DNA of 64,000 bases from Felis catus. Taxonomy: Eukaryota. Shown here piece after piece: positions 1 through 11,864 of this stretch. The notes beneath the pieces are model-generated. The model was given only the letters and a program-made list of their open reading frames with translations. It was not told where the DNA came from and made no database searches. The stretch's first letter is position 1. Each line of letters begins with the position of its first letter. A program made the translations under genes and the position numbers. The DNA lies in contig NC_058369.1 of NCBI RefSeq assembly GCF_018350175.1, positions 26,786,001-26,850,000 on the forward strand. The letters run 5' to 3'.

Positions 1-540
1 GCTGTCTTTACTTACTTAAAGGTGCCTTTAAATGCAAAACTTATATTTTTTTATAAAGTCCAATTTATTATTTTTTATTTTTGTTTTGTTGACATATCTA
101 CAAATGCTTTGCCTAACCCAGGGTTATGAAGATTTCCTACTGTTTTCTTCCAGAAGTTTTATATTTTTAACTCTTATATTTAGGTCTACAATCCATTTTG
201 AGCTAATTTCTGTATATGGTGTGAGGTAAGGTTCTAATTTTTTTGCATATGGATATCCAAATGGCCCAGCATCATTTGCTGAAAAGGCTATTTTTTTACC
301 TACTGAATTGCTTTAGCAAGTTTGTAAAAAAAAATCAACTTATCATAAATGTAAGGTTCTATTTCTGTATGCTACTTCATTTATCTATCTTCTTCATGCC
401 AGTACCATACTGCCTTCATTACTGTAGCTTTATACTAAATTTTGAAATCAGTAAAGATAAGTCCTCCACCTTTGTTCTTCTTTTGCAAAACTGTTCTATT
501 ATGAATCTTTGAATTTCCATATAAATTTTATGATCATTTC
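1..540 (-). mobile_element. Old L1 (L1MB-like) ORF2 3' region, antisense
   Basis: Typical antisense L1 ORF2 text (tttaggtctacaatccattttgagctaatt...ccagtaccatactg..cattactgtagcttta). Confidence 0.8.
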
Positions 541-544
541 ATCA

Positions 545-850
545 AATGCTGGAAACATTATGGTAAGTGAAAGAAGCTAAACACAAAAGACTACATACTG
601 TATGGTTCCACTTATATGAAATGTTCAAAATAAGCAAATCTCTAGATGGAAAGAAAGGGCTGGGAGTAGCAGGAGGCAGGGAGTAACTACTCATGGATGC
701 AGGTACTTTGTGGGTGATGAAGCATTCTAAAATTACGCAGTGGTGATGGTTGTACAACTCTGTGAAATATACTGAAAACCACTAAATCATACATTTTAAG
801 GGGAGAATTTTATGGTATGTGGATTACATCTCCACTAAAAAAAAAAGCTG
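545..850 (+). mobile_element. L1MB-like 3' UTR with A-tail
   Basis: aacattatggtaagtgaaagaagc...tactgtatggttccacttatatgaaatgttc...gtggtgatggttgtacaactctgtg, ending in an A-run. Confidence 0.8.
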
Positions 851-991
851 TTACGAGTTCAATCACTTATTGGTGATGGGACTTTGGATAATGGGAAATA
901 TAGCAGAAAGATACAGAAAAGAGTAAGCATCACCTTTGTTGGTGATGCCCTTGTGCTTTAAGAAAACATTCATTCAATGACCCACAGTCAT

Positions 992-1446
992 TGTTGTAGG
1001 TTCAACTATGTTCCCCAGAAAAATATGTCCAAGTCTTAACCCCTGGTACCTATGAATGTGACCTTATTTGGAAAATGGGGTCTTTGCAGAAATAACTGAA
1101 TTAAGATAAAGTCATGCTGGGTTAAAGTGGGCTGTAATCCAATGATTGATGTCCTTATAAGAAGATGGAAATTCAGACATACACACACAGAGGGTACCAT
1201 GTGACTACAGAGCCAGAAACTTGAGTGATGCATCTATAAGCCAAGAAATGCCAAAGATTGCTGGCAACTGCCAGAAAACCTGGCAGAGAGGGGCATGGTA
1301 GATTCTCATTAAGTGTTTCAGAAGGAACTAACCCTGCTGACACCTTGATCTGGGACTTTTAGCTTCTAGAACTGTGAGATAATACTGTTGTTTCAAGCCA
1401 CCTAGTTTGTGGTGATTTATTATGGCAGCCCTAGGAAACTAACACA
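992..1446 (+). mobile_element. MaLR solo LTR (MLT1C-like)
   Basis: TG...CA termini, gaatgtgaccttatttggaaa motif, ggcagccctaggaaactaacaca end, 5-bp TSD gtcat/gtaat. Confidence 0.85.
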
Positions 1447-1504
1447 GTAATATTTACATCTTTATTATTAAAGACAAAGGGTTTCAGGAACTAGAGTCAA
1501 CCTC

Positions 1505-1612
1505 TTGGGAGTTTCAATTCCTTCATCTATAAATTGGGGATAGTGCTCGCTTCGGCAGCACATATACTAAAATATAAATTGGGGATAATAACATCTGTCT
1601 ATTCATCATGCT
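1505..1612 (+). mobile_element. MIR fragment (host of the U6 retrocopy)
   Basis: MIR core ttccttcatctataaattggggataataa. Confidence 0.6.
1543..1573 (+). pseudogene. 3'-truncated (tailless) U6 snRNA retrocopy
   Basis: gtgctcgcttcggcagcacatatactaaaat is U6 nt 1-31. Perfect 15-bp TSD tataaattggggata at 1528-1542 and 1573-1587. Inserted in a MIR core. Confidence 0.93.
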
Positions 1613-2719
1613 GAAAAATAAAGAACAAATAAATAAATAAAATTAAAATTAAAAAAGATTATAAACATGAAAATGAGAACACTGCTACCTGTGAGAAAAA
1701 AGGGAAATTTGTTTACACAGCCATCAAGTGCTAGATACTGTTCTATTTGTTGGGATAGGTGGTGTGCACAGATGTTTGCTTTATTAATATTTTATGATAT
1801 ATTTCTTGGGCATATGAGTGCTAGTCAAACACTTTCTGTACTATCCCCAGAAAATCAATGTAAAACAATAGTTCCTTTTAATGTCCTACTCTCTTGTCTT
1901 TTTGGCTATATTAATAAATAAATACAATAAAATACAAAATTATAAAAAAGAAACTGTGAAGCACTTTGTAAATATAGGATATTACTCCTCCAGATGTATG
2001 TTTCTAATTGATTTGTCAGCTCTAATTTATTGGGTTTTCTCTTTCCTTTTCTTCAAGATCATCTGTTTTTAAGAAACATTCACCTTCCTTAGAAAAGCTA
2101 CAGCCTGGATGCTAGAATTCTCTAACATAAAAGTGAGATGTCAAACCATGGAACTCTCATACCACTCACTCTCCTAACCCTACCTCCCAGCACCCCCACT
2201 CCGAAAAACACACTTTGTCATAAATTGTCAATGAACTCACGTTTATTTTAGGAAATACAACACCAATGCACTGCAACCTTTTGTTTATACATAGGGTTAG
2301 GGGACTGCTTGTTCCATAACTGACTATTGTGTTGCACTGAATAGTATCATTATAAATGATCACTTTTTGAAGACCACCATAAAGAAGATATTTGGCACTA
2401 AAAGTACGTTTTTCACAAATTGTAAATCAGGATGCTCAATTATCAATATAAAATACTACATAAACTCTGATTATTAGGGATTTCTGAGTATTTAGAGTCT
2501 TGAAAAAACTTTTTAAAACTTTTGCCCTCAGTGAAAATTTGGCAGAATCCAACAAGGGGGGGGGGATCTGTTAAATGTCCTTGAACACCTCCAGATTTTC
2601 CCTCCCTCTTCATCTCTGCTTTCCTGATTGTATCACTATACCTGTAGAAGATTATGAACCTTTAGGTAATGTATACATTCTTTTACTCACATGAAAATCT
2701 CACGTGTCTTAAATGGAGA

Positions 2720-2910
2720 AGATTTTACAAGTACGTAAAGATACACTTATATGGAGGTTCATTACAACATGGAGAGAAAAACAAATAGAGAAATTTTAGA
2801 TAAATATGTTATCCTATACCCATGCAATAATACATATAGCAGCTACTAAAAAGAATGAGACAGATTAATATGTAGTAACATGGAAAGATTCCCAAGATAA
2901 ATAAAAGTAG
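2720..2910 (+). mobile_element. Old L1 (L1ME-like) 3' fragment
   Basis: atagcagctactaaaaagaatgag...aacatggaaagattcccaagata. Confidence 0.5.
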
Positions 2911-2992
2911 GTAGGCCCACTGTCACCATACCAAACCAATTTCTATAAAGTATAAATGGTAGATTCTCTTTGTGGAAAAAAGAATTATAATA

Positions 2993-3017
2993 CCACACAC
3001 ACACACACACACACACA
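2993..3017. repeat. (CA)n microsatellite
   Basis: Seen directly. Confidence 0.95.
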
Positions 3018-3985
3018 GAGAATTAATCTCTGCAGGCACTCACAAAAACAGTTACCTTTAGAGAATGATTTCAAAGATTCTTAATTCAGGTATGGATTGC
3101 TTTTATTATATAATTTCTAAATGGAAGAGCTTTAGCCCATATGGACAAAGCAATGATTAGTAGTTTACTATCTGAAATAAAATAAATAATCTACACAGAC
3201 AACGATATATAAAAAAGAAGGTTTAAAAAAACTCTTTACTTCTCGGGACCTCAAAAAAGATATGCAACATTTCACAGGTACCACAAGGGAATTGTAGCTA
3301 GGGTTTTGCTGCGAGGCCCATACTCATGTGGGGAATCAATAGACCATCCTTCGAGGTAAGAGCACAACAATTTACTTATAGTGGTTTATCGAGTGCTTAG
3401 TTCAATACGAGTGGACATTTTGTCAATAACATTCTAATGGATGCTATGGATGACAGTTCAGTGCTATAATATACAAGCTGGAAGGCCATATAATAAAATC
3501 TATAGGTCCCTGGAGTCAGAGGATGATCATTTGTAGAGGAACTAAAGAAAAACACCAAGAAATGTCTCACTGTAGAGCCTAATAATTGTTTTGAAGTAAA
3601 AAGCAAATAGATTTGGTTATTATGGATTGCATTAGTGGTAATACATTGGTGCCATTTTTATACATTCTTTTATCTTAAAATATTTTAGTAAATGAAAGGT
3701 GAAATTAGAAAGCTTTCCTTCATTTGAATTAGGCTGGAAGCTTATCAATGTAAACACATTTCCCAATTAAGTTAGACAACACATAGAATTCATCACCTGA
3801 ATCCTGTTGGTTAGAAATAAGAGCTTGAGATGAGCAGCAAATTAACTTGTTCAATTCCATAGACAATTCACACGTTTCCAGCACAAGGCTAACGTGGTCA
3901 CATGAGCTATATCTGTACCAATTTTCAAAGCAAGGAAGTGTTCCCAGAAGGCACAAAACTACTGCTCGTTTAAAAAGTATATCCA

Positions 3986-4209
3986 GGGGCGCCTGGGTGG
4001 CGCAGTCGGTTAAGCGTCCGACTTCAGCCAGGTCACGATCTCGCGGTCCGTGAGTTCGAGCCCCGCGTCGGGCTCTGGGCTGATGGCTCAGAGCCTGGAG
4101 CCTGTTTCCGAATCTGTGTCTCCCTCTCTCTCTGCCCCTTCCCCGTTCATGCTCTGTCTCTCTCTGTCCCAAAAATAAACAAACGTTGAAAAAAAAAATT
4201 AAAAAAAAA
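3986..4209 (+). mobile_element. Young Can-SINE (SINEC_Fc)
   Basis: ggggcgcctgggtggcgcagtcggttaagcg head, CT-rich body, A-tail, perfect TSD taaaaagtatatcca (3971-3985 and 4210-4224). Confidence 0.97.
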
Positions 4210-4604
4210 TAAAAAGTATATCCAATTAGATATCAAGATAATTTTATGGGGAGAAGATAATACCTGCCATTTTCACATTTGATTTCTGAAGCATTCACTA
4301 TTCCCTTTTTCTTTTCCCTAAAGCTAGATTTATGCATTATTCAATATTCTGGGAGGAATTAAAATGTGCATTCAAATAGTTCCTATAGACTTATATCTGG
4401 GAGCTTCTGGGTTCTCTTCTCTCTCTCTCTCTCAAACATTCCTTTCCTTGGGGACTATTTTCCACTCCCCCCTCTGATTTTAAATGTTTTCTGTATGTTG
4501 ACAATTCAATCTACATCCCTAGCCCTGATTCATTCCTTGAACTCCAAACTGCTTACTTCAAACTTTTCCTGGGTATTCCACAGACATTGCAAATGAAACC
4601 CATC

Positions 4605-4818
4605 AAGAGGAAAACCAACAAACAGATTCTTAACTATAGAGAACAAATTGATGGTTACCAGAGGGGAGATGGGTGGGGGATGGGTGAGATAGGTGATGGG
4701 AATTAAGGAGTACACTTGTGATGAGCACAGGGCGATGTACGGAAGTGAATCACTATATTGTACACCTGAAACTAATAACACTGTATGTTAACTGGAATTT
4801 AAATAACTTTTAAAAAAG
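4605..4818 (+). mobile_element. Carnivore L1 3' end (L1_Carn-like)
   Basis: actatagagaacaaattgatggttaccagagggg...aatcactatattgtacacctgaaactaata. Confidence 0.85.
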
Positions 4819-5179
4819 ACCCCAATTCCCCATCCTCACTACTCCCAGCAGGGCTCAAATCAGAAACCTAAGGGACTTCCTCTCTTCAAGTCTATCAGTT
4901 CTATGTTGAATCTACTCATTTCTCTAACTCTTATACTGTCACTCTGGTCCAAGGACTGTATGTCTTGCCTGAACAGCCTTCCAGCTGGTCTCCCTGCTTC
5001 CATTCTTATCCTCCTTTCCCTAGTCAAGACTCTCAAGTGCATCCAGAGTGACCATCTTACATGGGGATCTATTAGCCTGTCTTATGCCAGTAACTTCACG
5101 CTGCTCTGAGAACAAAATCTACGTTCCTAGCTCACAAGGTCTATAAATTATCCCGCCTCACTTACCAGGTCTCATTCTC

Positions 5180-5612
5180 TATAATCAGGAACCTCAAAGG
5201 AAAAAAAAATCACTCTACATGGGTTAAATGAATGCCATGAAATATCTCCTCACAGAGGTATGGGCAGGGTTGAGGGAACGAGGGATCGTTAGACACTGAA
5301 AGGTAACAAGAGAGGGCAGCCATAACCATTCCTAGGTGTATAAGGGCAAGAGGAGGACTGGAGCCAGAGCAACTGGATCTTCGTAGGAGGGGTCCCGCAG
5401 AAGGAAAGGAAAGAAGTACCCTGACTTCTCTCTTCCTGTCCTCTGATCTCCTGATGATACTTCCCACTGACTGAAAAGGCCTGTGATTGAGGGAGTCTGG
5501 GTGATTAATACAATGTGATGTGGGGGAACAGAAGGCATGTGCTGCCCTGGATACAGAGCACATGAGAGAAGACAGTCCGTGGATCTGGAGGGGTGGAAGG
5601 GAGATAAAGCAG
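5180..5612 (-). mobile_element. ERVL LTR relic (LTR33-like)
   Basis: cttctctcttcctgtcctctgatctcctgatgatacttcccactg...gtggatctggaggg motifs. Confidence 0.5.
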
Positions 5613-6665
5613 CATGCATGCCAACCTCATTTGTGCCACTGTACAGCTTCACACCTGGTATACTCTTGTGACAGGAATTTGCACAGGGCTTTTCTTTCTG
5701 TGGCTACCTTTTTCCTTCCACAGCTGGTTCTTCATCCTCCTTCAAGTCTTAATTTAAATATCCTTATTGCCCTACCTAAGAACAGGTACCACCTTGGTTA
5801 ATCCTTTGCCTGTTTCCTTCAGAGTATTTACCAGATTTGTAGTTATGTACTTGCTTTTCTCTGCCTTCTCCTTCAGAATATGAGGGCAGCGGCAATGTGA
5901 CTAGCAGATGCCTGCCATACAGTAGGTGCTCAGTAAATATTAGCTGTATTAATGTTGGCCAAATTAGATAACAAAATCATAAGGCTGTGTCTAGAGACAA
6001 TGGACTTACAGAAACATCTGCATGGATTCTAAACTGAGGTAGCATTTGGGAAAACCCACTTAATCTTTATTTTTCTGTAAGGCATGGTTTTAGCTTTTAA
6101 AAAAATCTTAATGCAAAGTAAAAATCTACATTAATAGATGTTCCATTCCTTGTTTACTTAAAAGGAGAGTGTCTATTATGGCACCAAGGGTCTAAAAGAG
6201 AATAACTGAATCATTTAAAAGCAAGGTTTATGCTCATTTCTTTTACTGCTGTTTCTATAGCAATAGCATAAAATTACCTGTTTTGGTCTGTGATGCTCTA
6301 GGTACTAGAGTATTAGTCATTTCAACACCTTTTTTTTTCCTTTTAATTGAAATAAGGTAACAAAAGAACAGGGAGTAGCTTTGAATGTGGCAACACTTGG
6401 CTGTAGCTAACATTTTTTAGATATAAGAAGATGGCAGGTGCAAAGCATAATCCACAGTGGTGACAACTCTTCCACATGATCATATGTTTAAACATCTACG
6501 TGCTTCTCTCACCTCCTCTGAAAGAGGAACATCAGCTGATTCTAAATTTCAAAGCATTTTAACCTACAAATGACAAGGGCCTATTTGATTTTGCAGAAAG
6601 TCTATAAAAAGCAACCTTTGGTTTCACTAATACACCACATTATTTTTAAAGACAACTGCATTTAT

Positions 6666-6884
6666 TTTTTATTATTATTTTTAAATTTTTTAACATTTAT
6701 TTTTTATTTTTGAGAGACAGAGCATGAGCAAGGGAGGGGCAGAGATCAGGAGACACAGACTCTGAAGCAGGCTCCAGGCTCTGAGGTGTCAGCACAGAGC
6801 CCAATGCAGGGCTCAAACCCATGAACTGTGAGATCATGACCTGAGCCGAAGTTGGATGCTTAACCTGAGCCACCCAGGCGCCCC
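6666..6884 (-). mobile_element. Can-SINE
   Basis: Reverse-complement SINE with TSD aagacaactgcatttat/aaggcaactgtatttat. Confidence 0.95.
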
Positions 6885-7279
6885 AAGGCAACTGTATTTA
6901 TAATGGGCACTCTCCACTTAGGATTCATTCAACAAGGTGCACCTCAACATCTAAGCAGTTAACAGATGAAAAGTGGTTGTGAGTGTTGGCAGGGGAAGGA
7001 AAGCCAGGAAACACCTGATTCTGGAAGGAGGCGAACGTGGAAGTCAAAACACGCAAGGAAAGGGAGGAGGATCAAGGAAAACCGGAAGGTAAAAGTGGTT
7101 GTGAAAGAATGCTGCCGACACATGGGTCACTGCTTGCAGGCCTGACGACACCGTCACCCTTCCCGAAGGAGGGAGAGCAGCAGCACTGGCAGAGGAGAGC
7201 TGTGTGTTATAAGGGCCATTACTGTCATCACCTGGCATCTCCAAAGGGCAACTGGAGTGAGCACAGGCCATGGGAGCAG

Positions 7280-7402
7280 GCCAGGTTAGCTTTAAATCCT
7301 GGTCACTATCTGTGAAACTGAACAAGTAATTGTCAGAGCATTCATTTCTTCATCTGTAAAATGGGGCTAATAATACCTCACTTGCAAGGTTCTTGTGAAA
7401 AC
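7280..7402 (+). mobile_element. MIR
   Basis: tttcttcatctgtaaaatggggctaataatacct core. Confidence 0.75.
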
Positions 7403-8689
7403 AGGAGGCTAGCCCTCTTTATGCCATCTGTTGCTATGCCCAACCCCTGCTGGTACTTAAATTGGACCAAAATACCTGAATTGGTCTTTCTCAGCTAGAA
7501 ATGCTCATGTTGCATGTATGAACACCTACAATCAGAATTAAAAGAGGTGAAACAGTTGAAGCAAATGTTTTTCATAAGCAACAGTAATCAGGAAGTATGG
7601 AGTAACTTCTAAAAGGTGACAGCAGCCATCTTGGCAAGCACTAGCGAAGTCCTGACTGTGGCCAGGAACCTACATCGTGCTTGGGGCTGGGATACTGGCC
7701 CTGTGGGGATCCCGTGTGTCACAAACAGTGACCATATGGCAAGACTGTGGGGATGTAAAAAAATCTGGACATTGATTATTCCCTCGTAAAAGTTTTATAG
7801 CTTTTCTGTCAGATATTTGGGGTGGTAAAGGCATGGCCGTGGATGTTACTGGAGTTACTGGAGGATGTCCTTCCTGGAGTTACTGCAGCCCAAGAGGAGA
7901 GGGTCTGGAAACTGGTGAGAGAGCACCAAGGCCTGCACGGCCCTTCGTTCTGGCCTAGAGTAGGGAGAGACCAGCAGAACACAGAAAACAGAGGGACACA
8001 AAGCAGATTCACAAGGACCCCTACGGCCACCTTCCTACCCTTCAGGTTTTCACGATCCTCATACCATCTCTGACTCCCCCACTCTCTCGCATTCTAATAT
8101 TGTCCCAACCCTGACCTTCACACTCCCATCTTCTTTCTGAGCTTCAGAAGCCAAAGGCTTTTTTCCCTGTCCCTGATTTGTCAGGTTGCAAATCTCAACT
8201 AAAAGCAATCTAATTGCCTCATAGTTGACAGCTACCCAGATGTATGAATGTTAAGAAAAATCGTTAACTGAAACAAGGCAACATGAGGGAGATATTTCTG
8301 AACTTGGGACTTCCTGGCACTTCTAATGCAGGGGTTCTCATGACCACATTTTGAGAAACATGGCTGACTTCACTGGAAAAGCACTCCTTGGGCTTTTAAT
8401 TCTTTTCAATCCCTACCTCTTTTTGGCTACCCTCTGAAATATCCACTCTATTCCTAGGTCCTAATGCATTCTTGCTGTATTATTTAAGCTTAACCTTAAC
8501 CGGGGTTCTTTATTATTCTGCTCATGGTGGCGAGGCTATGATTTGTCAGATGCCTTATGCCAGGGCTCAAGCTTTAGAAGTTACTACCCAATGAGGTCCC
8601 AAAGGGCTTGCTTCTTTGGAGCCAGAGGCAGGACTGGATGGTATGAACCTTCAAATAAGGAGAATTATAAAACTTCCAATTCAAGTGAA

Positions 8690-8920
8690 GGCAGTGTGGG
8701 AGAAGAGAATAGGCTTTTCAGACTATCTGAACACAAATCGTGATTCTTCCATTTATTAGCTATAGCGCTTTGGGCAAATTAGGGCTCTCTCTTCTCAATG
8801 TCCTCATCTTAGGACATCTTAGGAATAAAAGTAGGCTCTATCTACCTTGTAGAATTGCTATGGGGATCAGATGTGATAATGTATGGAAAATGCTTAGCAT
8901 AGTCTAAATAAGGCATATCT
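8690..8920 (+). mobile_element. MIR
   Basis: ttgggcaaatta...gataatgtatggaaaatgcttagcatagt. Confidence 0.65.
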
Positions 8921-10611
8921 GTGCTTTATGTGTTAACTGTGAATTGACTAAGTTTTGCTCGTATTCCAGATCTTTAAGGTTATAACAAAGCATTTCTCCA
9001 AGTGTTTGAGCAAAATCAAAGCTCCTGAGAAATGAGCCACTCTTGATCATCCACCTTTGTACAAAAAGAGGATGGCTCTTGGTATGACAAGAATACAATC
9101 TGGGTTCTGAATGTCTGTAAGAGAATGTCAACTCAGTCTGGTATCTACAGTACATTGATCTCACCTGAAGCACCAGCACTGAATGTCAGCACTTATGCAC
9201 GTGTCAAAAAATTCGGCTATGAACTGACTGAATCTAGCACTTGCCAAAGGCTTGCTTGAGATGTCTGATGTTCCGAACCATATTATATTTCCCCCGCTAA
9301 AGAAATGCCTTCACAAAGTTGAGATTTAATGTTTCGTCCTCAGGGTTTTTTTTTTTCCCTTTTTTTTTTTATGGAGAATCAATATAAGAAAAATCCATTT
9401 GAAGAAAACTTTATGTCTTTTGCAGAAATCATATCCCGGATGGCAAATAGGTTTCATCTTACGTGCCAACATCAAATGACTGGTAGTGACTGGAGTGCTC
9501 TGTTAAGAAGGATTGCAAGGTTGCCATGATCGATTAGCATGGTCTGCCGGGGACACCAGCGAGGAGGTGTGGTGCCTCTGTGATACATCTACCCACGTTC
9601 CCACTGCCACAGCTGAGGGCATGGCTCACTGTGCAACATGCTGTACCTTGTAGGAGCACCTCCTCACTGTACATGTCCCATAGGCTGCTCACCACTGGGT
9701 CTTTGCACTGTGAATCCCTCTGTCAAGCTGCCCTCCTCCCACAATCAAGTAGCCCTCAGAACTTGAAGAAAAGGTTACCTAAAAGTTACTGAAGTGGACT
9801 CACAAAGGGTAAGATTTGAAGACAGGATGCTTCTCAAATCAAGGTCTTAGAGAGCAGGGCAAGGAAATCTAGTGGAGGCTAGACACTATGAATGAAACTT
9901 AAGCCTGATTAGTGGTTATTAAGAACACACAGATGAAAGAAGAGGGTTTGAACAGAAGAAGGAGAGTCAGTAGGAGGGAAAAAACACATTTGGAGAAAAA
10001 TGTTCTGACCATGGGCCATTAGGGCAATGATGGTATTTCACACAGCTCAAAATGACAAATCATTGCAGTGTGTTTTAAAGAATTCTTTACCAGAACCATT
10101 TTAGTGATATTAAATTGTTTAAGTGGCCATCTGTGGAATAGTGCAGCAACCGGGTGGGTTTATGGACCAGTCTGGAACATCCATTAAAATAGCTACACGT
10201 GCTGCATGAAAGCTGTTTGTGACTTTCCTTTGCCAATCACAAATATGGTTAATTCCACCTTGGTAGTCATTTTAATTTTCTATAGGTTACTTAAAGCAGA
10301 AGGAATGTGGGTGCACTAAATTGTTTCCAATTTAATAAAGAATCTATTTTTTAAAAGCACAAAAGCCACAATTTTAGTTAACAGTTTTAGAACTTATGGT
10401 TCAGTTTTAAATCTTTTCTATTTGAAAGATTTACACAACAAAATCAGAGCAAAACATCATAATGGATAAACATAAAAGAGACTGTCTATTCTTATTCTCA
10501 AAAATTTGCTTACTGGAAATAAAAAATCAAATATTTTATTATCTAAGCCTAATAACAATCACCACAACACACTAAAATAGAAGTTATTGCTTATAAATGT
10601 CAAGAATGATA

Positions 10612-10860
10612 GTAATAATAATAAACACTTATACAGGGCTTACTCTGTGCCAGCTGCTGTTCTGAGTTCTTTACATTACATTGTAATCTTCAAACAAACC
10701 CATGGGGTGTGTCTTATTCTTTCCACTCTATAGATGAAGAAACTGAGGCACAGGGACAGTAAGCAACTTGCCTAAGATCACGTGGCTAGTGAGTGTGCGA
10801 ACCAGGTTTCAACTCTAGGCAGTCTGGTTCTAGCATCTGTCCTCTAAACCACTACGACGT
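10612..10860 (-). mobile_element. MIR
   Basis: agatgaagaaactgaggcacag...aagcaacttgcctaagatcac. Confidence 0.85.
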
Positions 10861-11639
10861 ACAACCTCCTCACCTTTGGTCCAGAAATCCCATTTAACCC
10901 CTGTGTAAGGCATGATAGGAGGGGTGGGCTCGGGCTATTTTTGAGCTTCACGCCTCTCAGTGTTCCTTTAGTCCCCATGATTACTGTTTAAAGAAAAGGA
11001 AAGGATGCTTATGAATTTGGTTGGTAGGAAAGGAAGAATCCAGTTGGCAGGAAAAGCTGGCGACAGGATTCCATCTTGTTTATTAAAATCAGATCTTTTC
11101 TACTCACGTGAAAAGCCCAAAAGAACTTCTCCTGCACTCAACCATCAATAATTGCTACTGGCTTCCTATTTCTTCAATTTATGGTGACACCGTATTTGTC
11201 AGACATCCCTGAGCGATCACTGGTTTTTGAACTGTGAACTAGCTTAGTGATGAGAGCACAGCTTCTGAATTAGTTTCTGATAAATTTCACCAGAGGGGAT
11301 GGGAATAATTATCACCCTTTGCCCCACCGCCCTCAAACCACATGTCGACCAACAGAAAATGCAGGGTGTGGAATCGTCACACTGTGAAGATAGATGTAGC
11401 CTAATGACATGGAAAGAGATGCCAAATCGTTTTCAACTTTAGAGGGGCCAGCCTTGCAAGATTTAATTAGCTTACAGTTGAGAAGTAATTTGAAGCTTCA
11501 AATTATAGTTATTTAGAGACTCTTGAATTGCTCATCCTTTCACTTTATAAAACTACAATATGAGGCAGACTTCCATGGAAAAAATGATTAGAATAATAAT
11601 AATAAAAAAAATCCCTACCGAGAGGCAATAAAAGGAGTT

Positions 11640-11822
11640 GGGAAGAATCAAGCTTGGGAGCCAGGCAGCCCTGGGTTAGAGCCCCACAGGTGCAATGCTG
11701 GGCTATTCATGAACTTCTCTGAGACTGTGTTCTCATCTATAAATTATCATTTGTCTTATGATGCTGTGTGAGCTACAGGGATTTGGTAAAATGCCTGGCA
11801 TATGTTAACGTTCAATAAATTT
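11640..11822 (+). mobile_element. MIR
   Basis: aacttctctgagactgtgttctcatctataaa...tgcctggcatatg..ttcaataaat. Confidence 0.6.
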
Positions 11823-11864
11823 TGGTGTACTTAACACTGTTCCTGTTCTCAGTTTATACTAACT

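Larger units (their letters stand above)
4380..5955 (+). mobile_element. L2 relic, interrupted by an L1 and an LTR
   Basis: Decayed YADD-region text (tgtatgttgacaattcaatctacatccctagccc) and 3' tail cagtaggtgctcagtaaata. Confidence 0.65.

Noticed and set aside
927..948. 8-bp hairpin gcatcacc/ggtgatgc
   Set aside because: Expected by chance in 64 kb.
1543..1573. Functional U6 snRNA gene
   Set aside because: Only 31 of about 107 nt are present, with no PSE/TATA promoter context, and it is flanked by a TSD.
3986..4070. tRNA genes
   Set aside because: These are tRNA-derived heads of Can-SINEs, followed by the CT-rich body and A-tail.
3729..4172. 147-aa ORF MGQRETEHERGRGRERG... and its near-copies at 17333 and 63515
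   Set aside because: Antisense reading of young Can-SINEs; the recurrence reflects the repeat, not a gene family.
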